Source: Pseudomonadota bacterium
GTDB taxonomy: Bacteria > Bdellovibrionota_B > Oligoflexia > Silvanigrellales > Silvanigrellaceae
DNA length: 64,000 nucleotides
Direction: 5' to 3'
Assembly: GCA_039799905.1 (NCBI GenBank)
Contig: JBDLRP010000021.1
Location: forward strand, 224,001-288,000
Numbering within the stretch: position 1 is the stretch's first letter; each line of letters opens with the position of its first letter. The notes under the pieces were generated by a model. It searched no databases. It was not told the origin of the DNA and worked only from the letters and a program-made list of their open reading frames with translations. The translations under genes were made by a program, and so were the position numbers. This document shows, piece by piece, positions 50,173 through 59,578 of this stretch.

Positions 50173-51210
50173 TCAGTTCCCCTCCTTCAGTGTGTCGAGC
50201 ATTTCAACAACCATATCCAGCATCTTGGAAACACCAAGGCGGCGTGCTGAGCTGAGCTCCAAAAATTCAACTTTTTTATTCTTTAAATATGTCCGAAATT
50301 CATTGACCGCCTCTTCGTTCTGATAGGCGTCCTCACCCTCGGGTTGCACCAAATCAAGCTTCGAGAGCACAGTGAGTCGCGGACGGGTGAGCAATTTCTG
50401 ATCGTACAAAGAGAGCTCGTTGAGAATTCCTTCGTAATCGGAAATCATCGCATCAGCGGTCTCCTGACTCGCATCGATCAAATGAATCAAAATTCGTGTG
50501 CGCTCGATATGACGCAAAAAGTCGTGACCGAGACCTTTGCCCTCGCTCGCTCCCGGAATAAGTCCAGGCACATCGGCAACCACAAATGGATCTGCATCCT
50601 TGTGACTGACCACACCCAAATTCGGCACGAGAGTTGTAAAAGGATAATCAGCCACTTTCGGGCGCGCTGCCGAAATGACTGTAATCAGCGTACTCTTGCC
50701 GGCGTTTGGTGCGCCAATAATACCAACATCCGCAAGCATCTTGAGCTCAAGACGAATGCTTTTGCGCTCGCCCATTCCTGGTGGAATTGTCTTGGTGGGA
50801 GCTTGGTTGCTCGACGAGACAAAAACGTGGTTGCCAACTCCGCCTTTACCGCCGGTGGCGACAATCAGCTGCTGCTCATGCTTGATGACTTCGCCAATCA
50901 TCTCTCCAGAATCAACATCGTACACAACCGTTCCACACGGAATTTTCAGAATGAGATCCTCGCCCACCTTGCCTTGGCGGTTGTTCGTTCCACCCTTGCC
51001 GCCGTGCTCCGCTTCGTGAATTCGGTTGAAGCGAAAGTCGAGAAGCGTGTGGAGCCCTTCGTTGCCCTGAAAAATGATGTTACCGCCGCGTCCGCCGTTA
51101 CCGCCGTCTGGTCCTCCAAACGCTACGTTTGCCTCGCGCCGGAAGTGCGACATGCCCGCACCGCCATCGCCGGCCTTCACTTGAATCTCTGCCGTATCTA
51201 TGAATTTCAT
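50173..51210 (-). CDS. obgE: GTPase ObgE
   Basis: GGPDGGNGGRGG, GAPNAGKST, ADYPFTTL, DVPG. Confidence 0.97.
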   Translation of the reverse strand: MKFIDTAEIQVKAGDGGAGMSHFRREANVAFGGPDGGNGGRGGNIIFQGNEGLHTLLDFRFNRIHEAEHGGKGGTNNRQGKVGEDLILKIPCGTVVYDVDSGEMIGEVIKHEQQLIVATGGKGGVGNHVFVSSSNQAPTKTIPPGMGERKSIRLELKMLADVGIIGAPNAGKSTLITVISAARPKVADYPFTTLVPNLGVVSHKDADPFVVADVPGLIPGASEGKGLGHDFLRHIERTRILIHLIDASQETADAMISDYEGILNELSLYDQKLLTRPRLTVLSKLDLVQPEGEDAYQNEEAVNEFRTYLKNKKVEFLELSSARRLGVSKMLDMVVEMLDTLKEGN

Positions 51211-51312
51211 TAGAAAAAATACTCCGCACCACGCACTGGCGTGGCTCTCTCGTGGGGACGCTAGCAAAAGGAAATCAGGTGGGAAATAAGAATCTTTCTC
51301 TCGAACAACAAT

Positions 51313-51353
51313 AAAAAAAACAGACCAGACGCTCAACCGAGGTCTGGTCTGTT
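51313..51353 (-). terminator. Intrinsic terminator after rpmA
   Basis: AACAGACCAGAC...GTCTGGTCTGTT stem plus A8 on +. Confidence 0.8.
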
Positions 51354-51370
51354 ATTCAGAAGAGACAGAA

Positions 51371-51637
51371 TTAAGCTTCTGCTCCTGCAGGATAAACACT
51401 GACGCGCTGACGAGTGCGGGTCACGAACTCGAACTTCACGACGCCGTCAATCTTGCTGAACAGTGTGAAGTCACGACCCATGCCTACGTTCTGGCCTGGG
51501 TGAATCTTCGTGCCAACCTGACGGATGATGATGTTGCCAGCGCGAACGCTTTCGCCACCGTAAGTTTTGACGCCACGATACTTAGGATTACTGTCACGAC
51601 CGTTTTTGGTACTACCACCGGCTTTTTTGGTTGCCAT
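51371..51637 (-). CDS. rpmA: 50S ribosomal protein L27
   Basis: [23 protein letters not shown]. Confidence 0.98.
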   Translation of the reverse strand: MATKKAGGSTKNGRDSNPKYRGVKTYGGESVRAGNIIIRQVGTKIHPGQNVGMGRDFTLFSKIDGVVKFEFVTRTRQRVSVYPAGAEA

Positions 51638-51681
51638 TGCAAATTCCTCGACTGTGTTAAGCGATCACCTAGTACGCCAGA

Positions 51682-52002
51682 TTAGCCTTCAATCTTGTCG
51701 ATTGTCAGGACCGTGTATGGCTGGCGATGACCTTGGGTCTTCTTGAGATGGTTCTTGTTCAGGTATTTGAATACAAGAACTTTGTCAGCACGAGTGTGTG
51801 CCGAAACAGTTGCCGTGACCTTTGCGCCTGCAACAGTCGGAGCGCCCACTTTGAAGTTGCTTCCGTTGTTGAGCATGTAGACGTCAGAGAAGGAAACCTT
51901 AGCGCCGACATCACTCGCAAAATAGTTGGCTTGAATTTTGTCGCCTTCTTTTACTTTGAACTGGCGACCGAAAACATTGACGATAGCGTACTTGGTACTC
52001 AC
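51682..52002 (-). CDS. rplU: 50S ribosomal protein L21
   Basis: YAIV..GRQFKVKEGD, GHRQPYT; upstream of rpmA. Confidence 0.96.
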   Translation of the reverse strand: MSTKYAIVNVFGRQFKVKEGDKIQANYFASDVGAKVSFSDVYMLNNGSNFKVGAPTVAGAKVTATVSAHTRADKVLVFKYLNKNHLKKTQGHRQPYTVLTIDKIEG

Positions 52003-52269
52003 AGGCGTATTCCTTTGCAGAGCTAACGCAGACAGCTTCTAGGTTTCTCCCGCATCCGCGGGGAGGTCCCGATGCAATGAGTTGTTCGACTTAGTGCAAT
52101 CAGAGCAATCGGTCAAGACACTTTCGCAGGATTAATTTATCTCAGTCATGCCGGATTATTGCCAGACTCAACGCTGCGACAGAGGAGCCTGCCGAGCTTG
52201 ACTCGTCCGCCTGTTCAGACAATTTATAGCACCACACAAACAAGAGGTGATGATTTGTCCGCTGGCGAA

Positions 52270-53178
52270 ATGCACATCCATGTAGCGCATAGCCCCGACC
52301 CCGACGACCGGCTGATGTTTTGGCCGCTCGCTTCAGGATTGGTTCCAAGTGAAGTTGGCGGACGGTCGTATTTGTTCAGTTTTGAAGAGGCAGACACCCA
52401 AGCTCTCAATAAAATAGCATCTTCGGGCGGAGCCGATGTCTGTGCCGTTTCGGCTATACACGCCCTTCGCCTTCTGGACAGGTACCAGCCGCTGAGGATG
52501 GGAGCTTCCGTGGGCGACGCCTACGGTCCTGTCGTCGTTGCTCTGCGGGGTGGTCTTGGTGAAGTGCTCTGGGCTCAGGGAAAAGAGACGTGTGCTGCAG
52601 GATTGCACTTACTCACTCCGGGTGAAACCACAACGGCCCACACCGTGGCCCAGATCGTCGGTCTTTCGTTTGGAAGTTGCGAGGCCGTGCCAATCGTCCC
52701 ACTGACCAGAGTCTTTGAACATCTGACAGACTGCGAAGCGGCAAAAAAACCGACTGTCGCACTGCTCATTCACGAGGGCAGACTCACCTACGGCAATCAC
52801 GGATGCGAGCGGCTGATGGATATCGGTGAGCTCTGGACTCAACAAACCGGCGCGAGCCTTCCATTGGGCCTGAACGTCATCAGCAGAGAACTCTCGCACC
52901 AAGTGCGCAGCGATATTTCAGAAATTTTGGTGGAAAGCTGCCGATATGCGCTACAGCACCGCGAGCAATTCATCCGCTATGCGCAAATCCCCAATCACAC
53001 CTACCACAGCGCGCTCACTGGCCCGCAGCTCCGGCACTATTTGGACCTTTATGCCAATGAGACAACCGTTTCCATCAATGAGCGAGATAGAAAAGGCTTT
53101 GTTGAGTTGCTCAACCGCGCAACTGCGGCAGGTTATCTAAAGGGTCAACAATCACTTCAGTCCATTGACTGGATTTAA
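52270..53178 (+). CDS. mqnD: 1,4-dihydroxy-6-naphthoate synthase (futalosine menaquinone pathway)
   Basis: AHSPDPDD..MF, GASVGDAYGP, PGETTTA, LLIHEGRLTY, LPLG, YLDLYAN. Confidence 0.85.
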   Translation: MHIHVAHSPDPDDRLMFWPLASGLVPSEVGGRSYLFSFEEADTQALNKIASSGGADVCAVSAIHALRLLDRYQPLRMGASVGDAYGPVVVALRGGLGEVLWAQGKETCAAGLHLLTPGETTTAHTVAQIVGLSFGSCEAVPIVPLTRVFEHLTDCEAAKKPTVALLIHEGRLTYGNHGCERLMDIGELWTQQTGASLPLGLNVISRELSHQVRSDISEILVESCRYALQHREQFIRYAQIPNHTYHSALTGPQLRHYLDLYANETTVSINERDRKGFVELLNRATAAGYLKGQQSLQSIDWI

Positions 53179-53522
53179 AGAGACTGTGCCCAGTCCTCTT
53201 CTTTAAACCCGACGTAACCAAATCCCTGACCAAGCAAGAACGGGCGTTTCACAAGCTTTCCATGTTGAGCCAAAAGGATCATCGCCTCGGCCTGTGTCAT
53301 CGAAGGCAGACGTTCGCTCATTTTCATCTCACGATAGAGCTCGCCACTCGTATTGAAGAGTTTTTTCAGGTCGCCCACATAACCGATCATCGTTTCGAGT
53401 TCGGCGCGCGTCGGAGGCTTTTCCACAATCGGCAGGACTTCGGCGTCGACGCCGCGTGCCTTCAACCAACCCAAAGCCTTCTTGCAGGTGGAGCACTTTT
53501 CATAACTATAAACTTTGACCAT
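53175..53522 (-). CDS. ArsC/Spx/MgsR family protein
   Basis: CSTCKKA, LFNTSG, LVKRP, VGFKE. Confidence 0.9.
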   Translation of the reverse strand: MVKVYSYEKCSTCKKALGWLKARGVDAEVLPIVEKPPTRAELETMIGYVGDLKKLFNTSGELYREMKMSERLPSMTQAEAMILLAQHGKLVKRPFLLGQGFGYVGFKEEDWAQSL

Positions 53523-53622
53523 GGCTGACTCCTCTTTCACACCGGGTGTCCCGGACGCGGCATACTACCTCGTCCGTCTTGATATTCCAGCGGGGCTGGT
53601 CTAGGACATTCGGTAATCGTGC

Positions 53623-53712
53623 GGAGAGGTGTCCGAGTGGCTGAAGGAGCACGATTGGAAATCGTGTTACGGTTAACCCCGTACGAGGGTTCGAATCCCT
53701 CTCTCTCCGCCA
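53623..53712 (+). tRNA. tRNA-Ser (anticodon GGA)
   Basis: GGAGAGG/CTCTCC acceptor stem, CACGA-TTGGAAA-TCGTG anticodon arm, long variable arm, GGTTCGAATCC, GCCA end. Confidence 0.97.
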
Positions 53713-53715
53713 TCT

Positions 53716-53753
53716 AAACCCCAAGCGGCATTGCTGCTTGGGGTTTTTGTTTT
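53716..53753 (+). terminator. Intrinsic terminator after tRNA-Ser
   Basis: AAACCCCAAGCGGCA/TGCTGCTTGGGGTTT stem plus T-tract. Confidence 0.85.
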
Positions 53754-54148
53754 GGGAAATGGATTTGCTACAGATTGCTACACGGTAACTTTTTCAGAGC
53801 CCCTGACATCCGAGGACGCACTTATCTGCGCCACCTTAATAGCATCGATTTTGTTTCAACCGATATGTCATTGGATTGGTCTGATTCTTGAACAAGTTTT
53901 TCTATGCGTGCCAATGATGTTGCTCAGACTGCTGGAGTCATGGATGCTCGCGTGGAGGCTCCGTTGGCGTCGCAAAGCACTCTGAGATGTTTCGAAAATT
54001 CGACAACATCAAAAGAGCGGCAATTCACACCCTAAAGACAACTACAGAATCCGTATCGGCAAAGATAATAAATGCTTTCCCACTTGCGCACGCAAAAAAA
54101 TCATCACGTAAACTTGAAACCATAAGGTTCAAGCTGCCCGGCACTAGC

Positions 54149-54385
54149 TCAGTTCTTTTTGGATTTATTTTTCTTAGACGAACTTGTTGCTGGTGTTGGC
54201 GTGACAACAGGAGCTGCGGTTGGTGCTGCGGCTGGTGCTGCGGTTGGTGCTGCGGCTGGTGCTGCGGCTGGTGCTGCGGGCAGGCCAGTAGCAGGTGTAT
54301 TTCCGAGTTTACCTGCGTCACTCGACTTGCAGGAAATTGCAACTACACCAAGGGACACACTAAGTAATACTCTATAAAACAACAT
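54149..54385 (-). CDS. Small Ala/Pro-rich lipoprotein, possibly truncated
   Basis: Hydrophobic signal with lipobox AISC, PAAA repeats, Lys-rich tail. Confidence 0.55.
   Translation of the reverse strand: MLFYRVLLSVSLGVVAISCKSSDAGKLGNTPATGLPAAPAAAPAAAPTAAPAAAPTAAPVVTPTPATSSSKKNKSKKN
54208..54279. repeat. 12-bp tandem repeat, 6 copies of YTGGTGCTGCGG (first copy degenerate)
   Basis: Read directly from the sequence; encodes the Ala/Pro repeat on the minus strand. Confidence 0.9.
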
Positions 54386-54745
54386 ACTCTCTGTCTCCAA
54401 TGTATGGTACGAGCGAACTGCTCGTCTTTGAATCTAAAAGCACTTATTTAAAAATGTATTTACATAGAAAAAACCTATCAGAATGAAAACAGTTGCTTAT
54501 TAGTCCAATTTCGCAATAAGAGTGAGCATTCAACCGCAATCTGCGAAATTGAACTGATTCGCACCAACGCAGAATTCAATATCGATAAGAGAAATTCCAG
54601 AGAGTTCGTAACGACCACTTTGCAGAGCGCTATGAAAAGTCTCACGCTTCAGGGTTTTTTGAGGATGAAGAATCAAAACGTCAGACTCGTCCGTAGAATC
54701 TCCATACATGCTGGGTAACTGAGTTCGAATCCTATCAAAAATGCT

Positions 54746-54769
54746 AAAAAAAAGCCTCCCTCAGGAGGC
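54746..54769 (-). terminator. Intrinsic terminator after the MBL-fold gene
   Basis: GCCTCC-ctca-GGAGGC preceded by A8 on +. Confidence 0.7.
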
Positions 54770-54807
54770 GTGCTTGGATCGTGAAAAGAAACAGATCCTC
54801 CGTGTCT

Positions 54808-55890
54808 TTACTTTGCCGACTTCCTTGTATTCTGATCATTTTCAGCCTGAAGTTCGTTCGAGAAAATGGTCCGCGTTTCCCCAATGTCCATACATGTAAA
54901 TTCGTCGGCGCGAAGTTTGTTGGCTGCCGTGCTCTCATTCAGTATCTGACACGGCTCATCAATTCCTTCATCAGTCAGTTGAAATGTTGCAAAGTGCATT
55001 CCTACGCTCTGACGAGACTGAACGTCTTTATGGAGCTTCACGGCATCTGACGGATCGATGTGCTGGTCGCGGACAAAATCACGAGGCGCATAAGCCCCAA
55101 TCGGGATGAAGCTGAAGTCGACAGGACCAAGACGTTCGCGAATTTCGTTGAAAAGTTTGGGATGGTAACCGGTGTCACCGACGAAGTAGAGAGTTTTATC
55201 TCTGACCTTCAGGTAGAATCCACCCCAAAGCCGAACATTTCTGACAAAGGGAACACGCATCGACCAGTGCTGCGCTGGAACAAAGGTCACAGAGACGTCC
55301 TCGCGGATTTCAGTTTTGGAATACCAATCCAATGTCAGGATTTTCTCAAAACCTGCATCTTCCAAAATCGGTTTTGACCCCAAACCAGCGACTATTGTCG
55401 GCTTGTCTCTGCGTGCAAAAAACTCGAGAGACGGAAGGTCCATGTGGTCAAAGTGATCGTGGCTCACGAGAATCAGGTCAACCTTGGGAGTCTGTTCAAG
55501 ACTGAGTGCAGGAGGAGTCACTCGGGTCGCCGAAAGAAGTGAATTGAAGCCAATCCAATTCGAATAGACTGGATCGGTCAATACCCGAAGTCCTTCAAAC
55601 TCTATCACGAAGGTCGAATGCCCAACCCAAGTGATCGCTGCTTGTGAGCCGCGCAATGACTGGCCCACATTTGGGGTCCCCTTGACAGGGCGGCTCTCGG
55701 GCCATTTCGCCGGATTCCTTGTGAAGCGGAACTTCAAACCATCCCAGAGTGATTTCGCGGTAAAGGGATAAACATTATCGAACTTTCGACCAGATGTCTG
55801 CTCCTGCTCCTGCACCTTGGCCTGAGCTAGAGCCGGTGCGGGACTATGCAAACCAAAAAAACAGACCAGGGAAAGAATCTTGCATCTCAT
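54808..55890 (-). CDS. Exported MBL-fold metallo-hydrolase (NAPE-PLD/RomA-like)
   Basis: TWVGHST, LTDPV, SHDHFDHMD, PAQHWS, GDTGY, PIGAY, MHFATF; signal peptide from ATG 55890. Confidence 0.9.
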   Translation of the reverse strand: MRCKILSLVCFFGLHSPAPALAQAKVQEQEQTSGRKFDNVYPFTAKSLWDGLKFRFTRNPAKWPESRPVKGTPNVGQSLRGSQAAITWVGHSTFVIEFEGLRVLTDPVYSNWIGFNSLLSATRVTPPALSLEQTPKVDLILVSHDHFDHMDLPSLEFFARRDKPTIVAGLGSKPILEDAGFEKILTLDWYSKTEIREDVSVTFVPAQHWSMRVPFVRNVRLWGGFYLKVRDKTLYFVGDTGYHPKLFNEIRERLGPVDFSFIPIGAYAPRDFVRDQHIDPSDAVKLHKDVQSRQSVGMHFATFQLTDEGIDEPCQILNESTAANKLRADEFTCMDIGETRTIFSNELQAENDQNTRKSAK

Positions 55891-56074
55891 AGCCAGTGCC
55901 ACCCTTCTGCGTGCAAAGCGAACTACACATCCTGATTGGGGTTGAGTATCGGAGCACCCAGACTCGTTTAAGGATGCAATAATTGCAGGGCTGACAATGT
56001 GCATTCGATGGGCGATGTAAAAACCTTCGACACCCTCAGCCCAATTACTTTGAACCATATCGGTCATTTAGGTA

Positions 56075-56090
56075 TGGCACGACAGTTGCA
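56075..56090 (+). promoter_or_regulatory. Sigma54 (-24/-12) promoter
   Basis: TGGCACGACAGTTGCA, an exact match to TGGCACG-N4-TTGCW, about 60 nt before a start codon. Confidence 0.8.
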
Positions 56091-56148
56091 CTCCGTGTGT
56101 CAATGGAATTTCCAGAATCTAGCAAATTGAAAGCTTGGAGGTGTGAAA

Positions 56149-56772
56149 ATGGCAGCATTCATATCAAAAAAATTTATTGCTTTGGCTTGTATCTCATTTG
56201 CCGGCCCGGCGCTTCAGTCGTGCGGTCCGCAATCAGGCCCCACCTCGGCGCAAATCGCTTCGACAGATCAGCGTCCCGACATCTCTGAAGACCGAACATC
56301 CGTGCACATCACAGCAGGGACACGAGATTTTATCCGCATCCATGCAAAAGACTTAAGCGGCCTCGTGACAGACGTACCTGATCCCGACACCGACGTAACA
56401 TCGACACAGAAACTCACCGGCAGCTTCATTTTTCAAGTCGCCCAAAATCCAAGGACGAACTTGGTTGCCATTGGTGTCCGCTCTTTTGTTTATGCCGAGA
56501 GCGATTTCTCTATGGTTTTCCTCATCAATCCTGCATTCCCAAACAAACCTCAACTGCTAAGCTTTGATGCACCAGGGAAAAAGCGGCTTCCCAATGGCAC
56601 GACAAAGCCGCTGAGTGCCATTCGCTCGATGTCATTTGATTCCTCGGGAATTCTCCATATCGAGCACACGGATGCCAGCGGCTCGAGAGCAGAAGTCCTT
56701 GTCAATCCCGACTTGAGCATACGTTCATGCGTTTACATCGAAAAGGAAGAGGGAAAACTCTGCGGCGAATAA
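56149..56772 (+). CDS. Hypothetical lipoprotein
   Basis: GGAGG RBS, lipobox LQSC, beta-rich mature part. Confidence 0.75.
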   Translation: MAAFISKKFIALACISFAGPALQSCGPQSGPTSAQIASTDQRPDISEDRTSVHITAGTRDFIRIHAKDLSGLVTDVPDPDTDVTSTQKLTGSFIFQVAQNPRTNLVAIGVRSFVYAESDFSMVFLINPAFPNKPQLLSFDAPGKKRLPNGTTKPLSAIRSMSFDSSGILHIEHTDASGSRAEVLVNPDLSIRSCVYIEKEEGKLCGE

Positions 56773-56800
56773 CTCTGAGAGCCTCGACTTATGCCTTCTT

Positions 56801-57304
56801 TCAAGAAGGTTTCTTCTGACGGTAGACAAGATAATCGGCAATTTGCCTGAGCCTTTCATTTTCGTAGTGAGGCTCAGGCTTTGCTTTTTCATGACACATA
56901 TGAAAATGGACGATATGTTCAGATTTTAGAGCACTTTTTATGTATTCGTACTCATCCACAAATCTCAGGTCATCCACAACAACGGTGTCATGTTTTTCGT
57001 GGTCACGAGCATAAGTCAGAACGTCGACCATGTACCTTGCCCAGACAATTGCATCGCTCTGCTTTGCACCGCGCCCATGTTCATCGAGATGCTGCAAAAT
57101 TGACTTGCGGGTCTGCCTAACCATCGTGTTCATTTTGTATTCGGGTTGACGGTTATACCAATCGTATTCAGGAAATTTTTTCTGAAGTTCAGCTCGAATG
57201 AGATTGGCAATCGAAAAAATTTGCGACTGGTTGTCGGTCATCTTGAGGGCAAGGAAGGTCTTTCCAGCACCCTGGCCATCACCGGAAATCATGATTATCT
57301 TCAC
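56801..57304 (-). CDS. P-loop kinase of the dNMP kinase / phosphomevalonate kinase type
   Basis: IIMISGDGQGAGKT, IANLIR, VW, VVVDDLRFVDE; GGAG before GTG 57304. Confidence 0.7.
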   Translation of the reverse strand: MKIIMISGDGQGAGKTFLALKMTDNQSQIFSIANLIRAELQKKFPEYDWYNRQPEYKMNTMVRQTRKSILQHLDEHGRGAKQSDAIVWARYMVDVLTYARDHEKHDTVVVDDLRFVDEYEYIKSALKSEHIVHFHMCHEKAKPEPHYENERLRQIADYLVYRQKKPS

Positions 57305-57488
57305 AAGCCACACTCCGTTCGGCAGGAACCGAGGCTAGGGACAACTCAACTTCCAAAAGAAAAATGGCCCTGCCTGCTCTAAATAGGGTCCAACGATACA
57401 ACATTGGCACGGAGGAGCATTCTGATACAACAGAACGCGCGTCACTTTTATTTTGGCTCTTGAGGGAACCTGAAAGGAAGACACACCG

Positions 57489-57974
57489 ATGAACTTCGCC
57501 AGTAGCATGTTTAATTTTTCGAATACATTGATTCTGCCATTTTGGCTGTTTTTGATATTTCTTCCCCGTTCGAACATCACTCGAAGGATCTTCGCGAATC
57601 CCAACTTCAGTCCTATGCAACTGCTCGCTCTTCTATATGCAGCCATGGTTGTTCCGGCTCTTATTTCGAACCCGGAAATTCTGACATCCCTGGCCAGGCC
57701 AACCCTCGAGGGCATTCAGTCGATGATGTCATCGCCAGAAGGCGCCGCAGCGGGTTGGATACATTATCTCTGCTTCGACTTGTTTGTCGGCGTCACTGTA
57801 TGGAAGAAAGCTATCAATAGAAATCAAAGTTTTATCTGGGTGAGTATCGTTCTCTTGCTGGTTTTGATGTTCGGCCCGCTGGGTTGGCTCATTCACGAAT
57901 TGGCATCTATCCAAAGAAAAGCCAACCCAACGTCGTCTTCAGAGGCCACGAGTCAGCTTGATGTTACCAAATGA
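57489..57974 (+). CDS. ABA4-like (DUF4281) membrane protein
   Basis: LPFWLFLIFLP, AAGWIHYLCFDLFVG, LMFGPLG. Confidence 0.88.
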   Translation: MNFASSMFNFSNTLILPFWLFLIFLPRSNITRRIFANPNFSPMQLLALLYAAMVVPALISNPEILTSLARPTLEGIQSMMSSPEGAAAGWIHYLCFDLFVGVTVWKKAINRNQSFIWVSIVLLLVLMFGPLGWLIHELASIQRKANPTSSSEATSQLDVTK

Positions 57975-59426
57975 ATCAATCGCACCGCCGCCATTGAATG
58001 CGCCACTGATGCCCCTGTAGGTTGTAGTGAAAGATGATCCGACTGCTCCACTTAGATCAAATTTGTTAATCGTAGGGTTTGTGTCACCTTGCAGCGTCAC
58101 GCTGATCTGATAAGTGTTATCCGCATTTTTGATGATCATAGTCGGGTCAATGCCAATCGACGCCTTTCGGTTTCCACCTTTGATGGTCGTCAGGTTGTTG
58201 TCGTCATCGGGCATGACATTCGCCGCAAATGGTGTTCCGTTTGCATCAAGGATAAGCGTGATCCAGCCATCAACGCTTCGTGCACTTCCTGTACATGAGT
58301 AACTATTCTGGAACGTTTCAATGCATGTCTCAGTCTGAAAATTGTAGCCGCGGATTCCACCTGCCTTGCCGGCGAACACGAACAGCGACTCCTCAAAGAC
58401 CGTAGTGAAGAAATAGGCGCGATTCGTTGGAAACTCAGGATTAGGACCTTGGTCTGTCCGGCCCATATTGTAAAAGCGGAGCATACGATTCACATCGATG
58501 ACCATCGTCAGATTCGCCTTGCTTCCCTGATTGATTTTAAGTCCGTCTTTAATTGGAAACTCAACAGTCACATTCCTGGACCGTTCACTCCAAGACTTAC
58601 TCAGGAAAATTTCAGTTTCCTCCGCTGAGACGTTCTTGAATTGGCCATGCGCTGGAGTGATGTTCTCGTTTGTCGTTGCCAAACCGGATTGTGTGCAATA
58701 GGTTTGAGCACCAACACTTCCGTTTGCGATCGTGCCAGTGTCCGACCTGAAGGTCGCACTCACACACCCTTTAATCTTGGCTTTGGGTGCAAATGTGACT
58801 TTGAGTTTGTCATACGTGGAAGCCGAAAGGTTCACCAATCCTGCCGGCTCCGTGATATCAACAAGCTGACCGCTGTCATCTGTCTGCTTGCAGCTCCCGT
58901 CGGCCTGCGGAGCAATCACTTTGTCGTCTTTGTCCAAGCCGCATTTACAGGTCTCGCCTGCCGCGAGAGTCAAAGGCGTACCGTCCTTCTTGACACACTC
59001 ATAGGTTGTGAAAAGTTGGCTGAGGTCAATCTCCGACCCGGTTATCCTCACTGGTTTCCCCGAGTCGCTGTTAAAAATATTGACCGATGTGGTTCCACCG
59101 TTACTACCGGAGCCCGACAGGGCCATACTCAAGATTGACACTTCAAAGCTATCAGGGGCTCCTGAAGCAATAGACGATGGTTCAGCCTTCACGGGGGCAA
59201 ACCCGTTGTCCGATAAAGAAAAGGAGCTACCATCGGAGTTGCCGTTCGCCGCGGCGAAACTAATTGCCAACTGGCCCTGCTGCCCAAGGTCGCTACCCTG
59301 ATCAACAGAAGCCTTCTTCTTTCCGCATCCCACCGCCAAGGAAAATGCCGCGACCGCGGTGACAATTCCAACAACATTTGACAACGTACAATCCTTATGA
59401 GGTTCGCCCCATCTATGAAAGAACAT
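57939..59426 (-). CDS. Large hypothetical beta-rich, Cys-containing lipoprotein
   Basis: Lipobox LAVGC, GGAGG RBS, several Cys pairs; divergent from the AraC genes. Confidence 0.75.
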   Translation of the reverse strand: MFFHRWGEPHKDCTLSNVVGIVTAVAAFSLAVGCGKKKASVDQGSDLGQQGQLAISFAAANGNSDGSSFSLSDNGFAPVKAEPSSIASGAPDSFEVSILSMALSGSGSNGGTTSVNIFNSDSGKPVRITGSEIDLSQLFTTYECVKKDGTPLTLAAGETCKCGLDKDDKVIAPQADGSCKQTDDSGQLVDITEPAGLVNLSASTYDKLKVTFAPKAKIKGCVSATFRSDTGTIANGSVGAQTYCTQSGLATTNENITPAHGQFKNVSAEETEIFLSKSWSERSRNVTVEFPIKDGLKINQGSKANLTMVIDVNRMLRFYNMGRTDQGPNPEFPTNRAYFFTTVFEESLFVFAGKAGGIRGYNFQTETCIETFQNSYSCTGSARSVDGWITLILDANGTPFAANVMPDDDNNLTTIKGGNRKASIGIDPTMIIKNADNTYQISVTLQGDTNPTINKFDLSGAVGSSFTTTYRGISGAFNGGGAIDSFGNIKLTRGL

Positions 59427-59578
59427 TTCATGCCTCCAGATTTCAATACAAACTTTGCACTGTTTGAATGATCCGAAGCAGGTTAACATCGACTCATGGA
59501 ATGGAAGCGCCCGATGTCTGAGAAAAGCATTGCAGATTGCGACAGGCGAACGCCAAATTTCAAACGTTCGGGTCGCAC

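Noticed and set aside
53506..53724. 72 aa minus-strand ORF containing WRRERDSNPR
   Set aside because: Typical antisense translation of a tRNA gene
53924..53926. In-frame TGA as a selenocysteine codon
   Set aside because: No recognisable selenoprotein context or SECIS-like hairpin, and the frame itself is doubtful
54208..54279. Tandem repeat as a CRISPR array
   Set aside because: The 12-bp units are contiguous with no spacers, keep frame within a CDS, and no cas genes are present
53987..54367. Plus-strand ORF with CGWC repeats as a metallothionein-like protein
   Set aside because: The Cys/Trp pattern is the antisense reading of the Ala/Pro repeat; the minus frame has the signal peptide and lipobox
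57405..57421. TGGCACGGAGGAGCA as a sigma54 promoter
   Set aside because: GG-to-GC spacing is 9 rather than the required 10
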